Below, piece after piece: positions 56,706-64,000 of a stretch of DNA of 64,000 nucleotides (positions are counted from its first letter, which is position 1; every line of letters starts with the position of its first letter). The DNA comes from the human T2T-CHM13v2.0 reference genome, Homo sapiens. Both the position numbers and the translations under genes were made by a program. The notes beneath the pieces are model-generated. The model was given only the letters and a program-made list of their open reading frames with translations. It was not told the origin of the DNA and ran no database searches. The stretch is from the NCBI RefSeq assembly GCF_009914755.1, contig NC_060934.1; one strand, written 5' to 3'.

Positions 56706-57914
56706 AAGACAGTACTAAAATAAATCTCTAATAAGTCACGTAAAGCACTTCAGCAGTAGCTGCACAAAGTGGTAGATCAACAAATTTTTATTACTGTTTT
56801 GTCTATTCTAATCTTTCCGTTTTCCCCAAGAAAATGTCAGGAAGAAGAAACAAAGTACATTTGGAAACTGCATCCTTTTTTTTTGTAATGATTTCGCAGT
56901 AGTTATGTGGACGCATCATTCAGTTCTAGAATCAGTTTGAATCAACAGCTTGGCTCCACACAAAACCTTCCTTTTTCAGATGATGTGGCTGAAGCACAGA
57001 GAGGTAAAAGCCCCCTTCCGGAGGTCACATAACAGTAGAAATCTGAGATTTTAAGACCATGAAATCAAAAACAATTATGAATTTTGGGGCAACTGCTCAG
57101 CTTCTTCATGTGGCTATATCTTTATTTTTTTTAATCTACATCTTCAAAAATCCAAGCATTTCTGCCTTTGAAAACAAGATTTTTTTCTGTTTATTAGGCA
57201 AATTGAATTTGAGATATATAATCAACATTCATAAAGTTACAGTATATTTATCCATTGATTTATAGAATTAATCTGTACTAATGAAATTATAATCTTTTTC
57301 TGTTGCTGAGGACAAGGACTACATCTTAATCTTCTTTGTGTCCCTAAAAGTGCTTAGTAAAATAACTCCTAACAAGTATTTGCAAAAAAAAAAGAAAGAA
57401 AGAAAAAAGAAATACAGACCAGAAGTGATCTTAAAACCAACTCTAGCCGCTTACAAAGGAGAAAACTCAGTCCTAGTGAAGGACCATATGTGTTGGTCAA
57501 AAGGAGATAGAGCCAGGGTTTTCCAGCTGGTAGTCCACTGCTCTTCAGGTACATTGGGGATGACTTTGTTTTCAGATAGCCTGCATTTGCCATCTTCCAG
57601 TTAAAATGGGTAAAGGCTTAATCTAATAATTTTATTAAATGTAATATTATTTTTAAATTCACACAAATGCAGCCACAAAGCCTGCATCATAACTTTTCAC
57701 TTCCAAGATATTTTGTTCTGTTCAGACTGGTATAGTGTTTAACCACTTAAAAATTAATTGCAAACACAGCTTGCTGAAATATTCGTCCACTAATAGCCAA
57801 TTAATTAAACTTATCTAATGTTTATTATCCACAGTTGCCTGGCAGATAATTGATCCTCATTAAATATATGTTGATTCAGTCTTCCCTGTCTCAGCTCTAT
57901 CTCAAGATGAGCTC

Positions 57915-58062
57915 TTAAATGATGAGCTTTGAATAATCTTGGATGATTTTTAAAAAATAAAAATTCCTCCTACCCAACCCTATTCAGAATCTCTGGGGAT
58001 AGACCTTGGGATTCTATTTTTAACAAACTGGACAGGTGCATGCATAGTTGAGAATGACCACC
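57915..58062. mobile_element. MER5A-like MITE
   Basis: tttttaaaaaataaaaattcc...ttcagaatctctggggatagacc...atttttaacaaac...gttgagaatgacc. Confidence 0.6.
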
Positions 58063-58214
58063 TAAAGTAAGGAGATTGAAATTATCATTGATGAAAATAC
58101 CTTCCATTGATCAGTCCAGTTGAAAACTAGAGATACCTAAATGTTATCACCAGACATATTTTTAAAGTAGTTATATAGGTTCAGCAAACCCTAGTCCTTA
58201 TATGACAGTTTTTA

Positions 58215-59140
58215 AAATGTTTTATCATACCTTAATTCATCTTTATTACAAATTATTTAAATAAGATAGAAGTATATAAAAAAATAAAAGGATCGTCCCC
58301 TTTACCCCTACCCATCTATCTCTCCCACTCTAACTACTCAAATATAACCACTATTCATAGTAGGTATTTAAGCTTTGAGGGTTTCTCCCCTATGTATTCG
58401 TATGTTTTGTCTGTATCTAAGTACGTTTATATGTGTCAATATATATGCACACATACATGTGCATATATTCATATTTACATTTATAATGAGATTATTTATT
58501 CAACAAATATCGAAGCATCTACTATGTAACAGGACCTGGTGCTGAGATAACAACAGTGACCAAACTGATGAGATCCCTGTTCTCATTAACTCAACATTAT
58601 AATAGTGAGACAGGCAATATATCAATAAAAATGTGATATAAAATGTGGTAATGATATATAATATAAAGTAAAATAAAGTAGGATAAAAGGATAGATAATT
58701 CCAGGGGGTTCTACTTGACCTATGATGGTCAGGGCAAGACTCTGAGGGATATTTAGGCAGAGAACAGAGTCACATGAGAAAATGAGCCCCGCGCATGTGT
58801 TGGAGAAGTGGACGCCAAGGTCTTCTAGACTACGTATGCAAAACCACACGTTTTTCTTTTTAAAAAATAAAATTCTATTACATATACTGTCCTGTACCTT
58901 AATTTTTCTAGCCAACTCTAATTTATGTACACACCTCCAAGGTCTGTATAGATAGATCTAAATTATTTCCTAGTGACTGCTTAGTATTCCATAATGTGTC
59001 TGTATCATAATGTAATCATTCACATGTTGCTGGACATTTTTTGTTTATATTTTATATTTATAAACAATGCTGCAATGAAATCTTATGGACTGGAATCTTT
59101 ATGTTTAGGTGTTTAGGTATTATAGGATTAATATTATTGT
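58215..59140 (-). mobile_element. L1ME fragments flanking an L2 fragment (about 58493-58850)
   Basis: ataaccactattcatagtagg and gactgcttagtattccataatg...gctggacatttt...aaacaatgctgcaatgaa (L1ME); ttattcaacaaatatcgaagcatctactatgtaacagg (L2 tail). Confidence 0.6.
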
Positions 59141-61269
59141 TCTGTTGCAAAACGAGGTTATTGTAAGTATTTGAATTCTATCAGTGAAAAACAGAGTCAC
59201 CTATACAAGAATAAAGGAACCAGGACCTTGGGATGCAAACATGTATAATAATCATTTTATGTATAGATAGAGGTAAGATTTATTTAATCATGTTTAATTT
59301 TAAAATTGGGCCATCAAAGAATCCTAAATCAAGTTTTTATCATAAAAGACCATATTTTACAGATTTCCATGGTTTAATAGTTGTTCAACCAACTGCCCTG
59401 GCACTGGTTCTCATTTACAGGATTGCATCCAGTTTGAGTTTGTTTATTTTTATAATGTCTGTTCTCCTAGTATTGGATCATCCATTTAATCTTCAGTGTT
59501 GCTGCTTTACGGTTTTCTTTATCCAAAAGTATTTGATCTAAACTATATTTTATCTTTTAAATGTAAGATTTTCTTATTTAAAGTCTTTTAAAATATTATA
59601 ATTATAAATACAGAAAACCTTATCTCCCAGAGATAACCACTGTTAGTATTTTGGTGTATATCCTCGCAGTGTTTTTTTAATGCATACACGTGTGTCTACA
59701 TTTAAAGTATGAGTTTTTTAGATGAAATTTTTAATTTTGGGTTCATTGACTCTCTTTGATACACCAGACATCTCATAACCCACACTTAAAATAGACCCAT
59801 TACCTCTCTTATCATCTTTCTATTACTGGTTACTCACTTAATCATGAACAACCTAGCAGACCCTCTCCATGTTGTCAGTTGAATAGACAGGTGCCTTGCA
59901 GGTTGTTTGCCAAGTGAATGGCTTCTGGGGTAACAGGTGATGTTACTGGGACACTCAGAGGCCTCAGACACTTGTCCAGCGCTGTCATCATGGCTGCAGG
60001 CAGAGCCTGCCTCAGGATAGCACTCTGGAGCATCTGAACCCATGCATCACATTCCTCCTTAGGGACAGGGCACCAGAAAGTTCTTCTATCCTACTCTTCC
60101 TTATGACCAGGCCCTGAAGGGGTTGCTTTGGATTTTCACAGAAAAAGAGATTTTCCTCCTACACTATTCCTCCTATCGCCGTCATTCTTCCCATTCCCTG
60201 TTTCATCACCGCACAGCTGTTAGGAGGATAGTTGGCTTTTAACTGGAGGCTTATCTGGGATTTCCCCCACATTGGAATTAAGAAGAAACAGAATCTTTTA
60301 AAAACAGGACCTTTTTTCCAGTTAGGCTTCCCTTAGGAAGGGGCTTCTTGTCTCCAGACTCCTGCATGACCTTTGAGGAACGAGTGTGAAACATGCTGTG
60401 ATTTAGGAATGAATGCTTATTTAACGCAGAAGTTATTTTAAAATGAGGCTATACAGCAGCAGTTTAGTAATTAAACATTTTTAACTTGCTCTCCAGTTCT
60501 CAAAAGTGGCTTAAGCAGTATTGAGCTAAGCTTGCTAAGTTTCAAGTGACTGCAGTTAGTAAGTTTGCTTGTTTGTTTTAACTGGATAATTCCTCAGTCA
60601 ATTTGAGGGTTTTGATGCACATAAATCCACTGTGCTTCCAGCCTCATATGAGCCAAATCTCCTAAACATGCCATATGCCATTCATAAGTCTTTCTGTGGA
60701 GTACAGTGGACAACTTTGTGACTACTGGATTTTTTTAAACGAAGATGATTTTTCAGTATTTAAAAAAAATATGGTTTTATAGTATTAAAACTGAGAGTAG
60801 AGTTGAGAGGGACTCTAGTATGTTAAAGAAACACATTAATTGTGCCTAAAGGTGTTTGTTTTTTTCTCGAAATGCCCACTTCGTTCCCAATTGATCAAAA
60901 GATGAAGGTTCCAGAGACTCTTTCTTCTGACAGACTTGATTATTAGGGGTTCCTTTCTAGAGAAGTTGTTATTTTGTAAACACATGCATATGCATAATAT
61001 ATTCTGCCCAACACTCCCACTTTCTGATCTGCACAGGACAGCAGAGCATCCTATGGAGTCACAGAACAAAGAAAATCCTCACTCTGAAATTCTTTCCTGG
61101 AGCCAAATGTGTCCTCAGCTTCAGAAAGAAAATCCCTAGCCTGGGTTGGGTCACCCCTCCAGCCCTCTGAGGAAATTTTAGGTATGCTCTCCAGGAAAAT
61201 ATTACACTTGGGGGTGCTAGAACTTGGTTTTATTTTCTAGTATGGAATCAGGTTTTGTTCTAGATATTT

Positions 61270-61460
61270 ACCTATATCATTGCAATTAATTCCCCCAATG
61301 ACCCTGTGTTGTAGGTATTAGTACTCCATGTTTCACATAAAGAAATGGAAGCTCAGAAAATTTGAATAATTGGCTATAACTGTATAGTATTAAGTGGTGG
61401 AGTCAGGATTTGAACCTCTATTCACTTGATTCTAATGCCCTGACATTTCTATTCTGCACA
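61270..61460 (-). mobile_element. MIR
   Basis: accctgtgttgtaggtattagtactccatgtttcacataaagaaatggaagctcaga...ggagtcaggatttgaacc. Confidence 0.75.
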
Positions 61461-61594
61461 AGACAGATAGTAGCTTGTAGAGCTAATGGAGAGAAAACCA
61501 CTATACCCCATTCAACATCGCTGAAATGTCTTTTTCAGCCTGCAATCAAGCCTCACAAAATTTTATTCACTGGTTTATGGTATCCACCTCCTTA

Positions 61595-61966
<372 letters not shown>

Positions 61967-62044
61967 CTATGCTACTCTCAACTACACTGGGGAGCTCAAG
62001 CTGATAAGAGCGTAGTATAGAGTAAAGAATATTAATTTTTAAAC

Positions 62045-62426
62045 CTTATTTATTTATTTTAATGAGGTACAATTCACGTAATAGAAAATTAACCATTTTA
62101 AAATGTACACATCAGTGACATTTAGTACTCTTACAGTGTTGTACTACCACCACCTCTATCTAGTTCTAAAACATTTTTGTCACCCCAGAAAGAAACCCCA
62201 TCCTCGTTAGGCAGTTGCTCCCCTTTTGTGCTCCACCTAACCCCTAGTAACACCAGTCTTCTTCCTGTCTCTATAGATTCATCTATTCTGGATATTCCAA
62301 ACAAATGGAATCCTACAACATGTGACCTTTTGTGTCTGGTTTTGTTCACTCAGCATAATGTTTTTGAGGTCCATTTACATTGCAGCCTAGGTCAGTACTT
62401 CATTCCTTTTTATGGTTGGGAATATT
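62045..62426 (-). mobile_element. L1MB-type 3' end
   Basis: aattcacgtaatagaaaattaaccattttaaaatgtaca...caccccagaaagaaacccca...tattctggatattccaaacaaatggaatc. Confidence 0.85.
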
Positions 62427-62880
62427 GATTTTAAGTTCTAGGCCTAGCTCTGCTATTAACTCCCTGAAAGCCTGACGCAAACCTCTGAGCCTTATTTTGC
62501 TCGTCTGTAAAGGTGAGGGCTGTGTAGCCTATGGCATGTGAGTTCCGCAGGAAGCTCTGGAACAAAAGGTCTTCAGTTCAAGTAAGTGTGAGGAACAGTG
62601 CATACTGTGTCTTGTTTGTCGTGACTCATAATGCTCCATGTACTAAAGATTTGCACTCTTTAGCCCAGGATTGCTCAATCTGGGACCAGAGAACCCTTTT
62701 ATTTCGCCTATTTTTGTTTACATCTTATAGAACATAATCCAGGATTCTAAGACACTGTAATCTATGAATCACTTATTGATGAAATTCCACAATATGGTAA
62801 TTATAACAATATAATTGTAATTGTAATTGTAAAAATATACAACTTGGCCAGCCATGGTTATGTTGATCTTTTCTCCAAGT

Positions 62881-63840
62881 TAGTGTCCATCAGTTGGGGT
62901 AGTATTCTTCCCTAGGGGACATTTTGAACCTTTGTTGGGGCATTTTGGTTATCTCAGTGATAACTCAAGGGTAATAAACATCCTGGAATGTATTGCGTAG
63001 TCTTTTACAACACTCCCTGATCCTGCACAAACTCTCAAATGTCCTGCTGGTCATTTGTGAAGGTGCACACCCTATTTATAATTATCTGAACGTAGTTTTC
63101 CATATGAACACAAAGTATTTTTGTGTGGCTTGAACGTTTGTGGAGTTTTCCAAGTATACAATAATTGTGTAAAATCAGGGTTTATTTTAAAAGAGTTCTT
63201 TACCATTGAAGGATAGACAGGATTATGCTACAGTAACAAATTAACCTAGAAATTCTGGTGGTTTAACACAACAAAGGTTTCTTTTTTATTTATGCTAAAA
63301 GTTGATCAAGCATTGACAGAGGGCTCTGCCCCACTTACTCAAGCATCCAGACTCCACCATGGGGATCGTTGCCAGCCACTGCGGGCAGGGATAGACGGGA
63401 TTCACATACCAGCTCATCAATATTTTGACCCAAAGTTGAGGTACATCACTTCTGACTATAGTGTACCGGCCAGAAATAGTCATATAGTCCTACCTAACCA
63501 TAAGGGGGTTAGGGAAGAGGAACAGGTGGAAAGTTGGGTGAGTACAGTGTTCATGGTAATGCGACTTGTAGTATTTGAGCTGTCATTACAGTGCTTGTGG
63601 ATTGGTTTGCATATGTAGTGTCACATGCATGTTGATTGTACATGCATGTGACAGTTGTATAGGCACAAGCATGTACTTACTTAGTTGTATCTATTAGTAT
63701 AGTAATGCCTGGGTATTTACAAATAGAAATACTTCTTATTTTGTTGTAAGTTATTTTCCTGTATTTATATTACAGCTAGGGCATTATATTGATTTCTTTT
63801 TTAAAAATCCTGTGTGAAATATTTGTTACAAAAAGGTGGT
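62881..63840 (+). mobile_element. MER20B-like hAT-Charlie element split by an LTR
   Basis: ggggtagtattcttccctaggggacattttg...cattttggttatctcagtga...tatttataattatctga; resumes at about 63555 and runs to gctagggcattatattgattt. Confidence 0.6.
63212..63550 (-). mobile_element. MLT1J/K-like MaLR LTR
   Basis: ttatgctacagtaacaaa...ggtttaacacaacaaaggtttc...catcacttctgact...ggccagaaatagtcatatagtcctacctaaccataagggg. Confidence 0.72.
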
Positions 63841-63843
63841 CTG

Positions 63844-64000
63844 GGCTGGGCGTGGTGGCTCATGCCAGTAATCCCAGCACTTTGGGAGGCTGAGGCGGGC
63901 AGATCACGAGGTCAGGAGTTTGAGAGCAGCCTGACCAACATGGTGAGTCCTGAGAGGAGAGGTCTGAAGGAGAGGAGAGGTCTGATGGTGATGAAAGCCA
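63844..64000 (+). mobile_element. AluS (Sg-like) left arm carrying an about 45-bp non-Alu insertion; runs to the window edge
   Basis: ggctgggcgtggtggctcatgcc...agatcacgaggtcaggagtttgag...ccaacatggtga, followed by foreign sequence. Confidence 0.85.

Overview
Primate (human/ape-like) non-coding genomic DNA, not microbial. It carries AluJ/S/Y SINEs, a hominoid-age L1PA3-like insertion, older L1s, MaLR/ERVL LTRs, MIR, L2, CR1/L3 and hAT/TcMar DNA-transposon fossils. I recognise no host protein-coding exon, RNA gene, CpG island or CRISPR array. The only long ORF (409 aa) is a disabled L1 ORF2 C-terminus; the other ORFs are Alu/L1-derived or chance. Several repeat-poor, TF-motif-dense blocks (6.2-6.5, 13.3-20.0, 29.4-29.8, 44.5-44.7, 57.6-57.9, 60.4-61.0 kb) look like distal enhancers, which would fit a large intron or gene desert. 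The locus itself cannot be identified from sequence alone. I found no convincing new biological system. The best leads are: an inverted AluY pair sharing private variants (possible gene conversion), a trimeric Alu inside a single TSD, an AluY with clustered AT-to-GC changes, candidate enhancers and cassette exons, a perfect MORE+forkhead site, and a perfect 14-bp hairpin. Repeat subfamily names come from recalled consensus sequences, and boundaries of ancient repeats are approximate.
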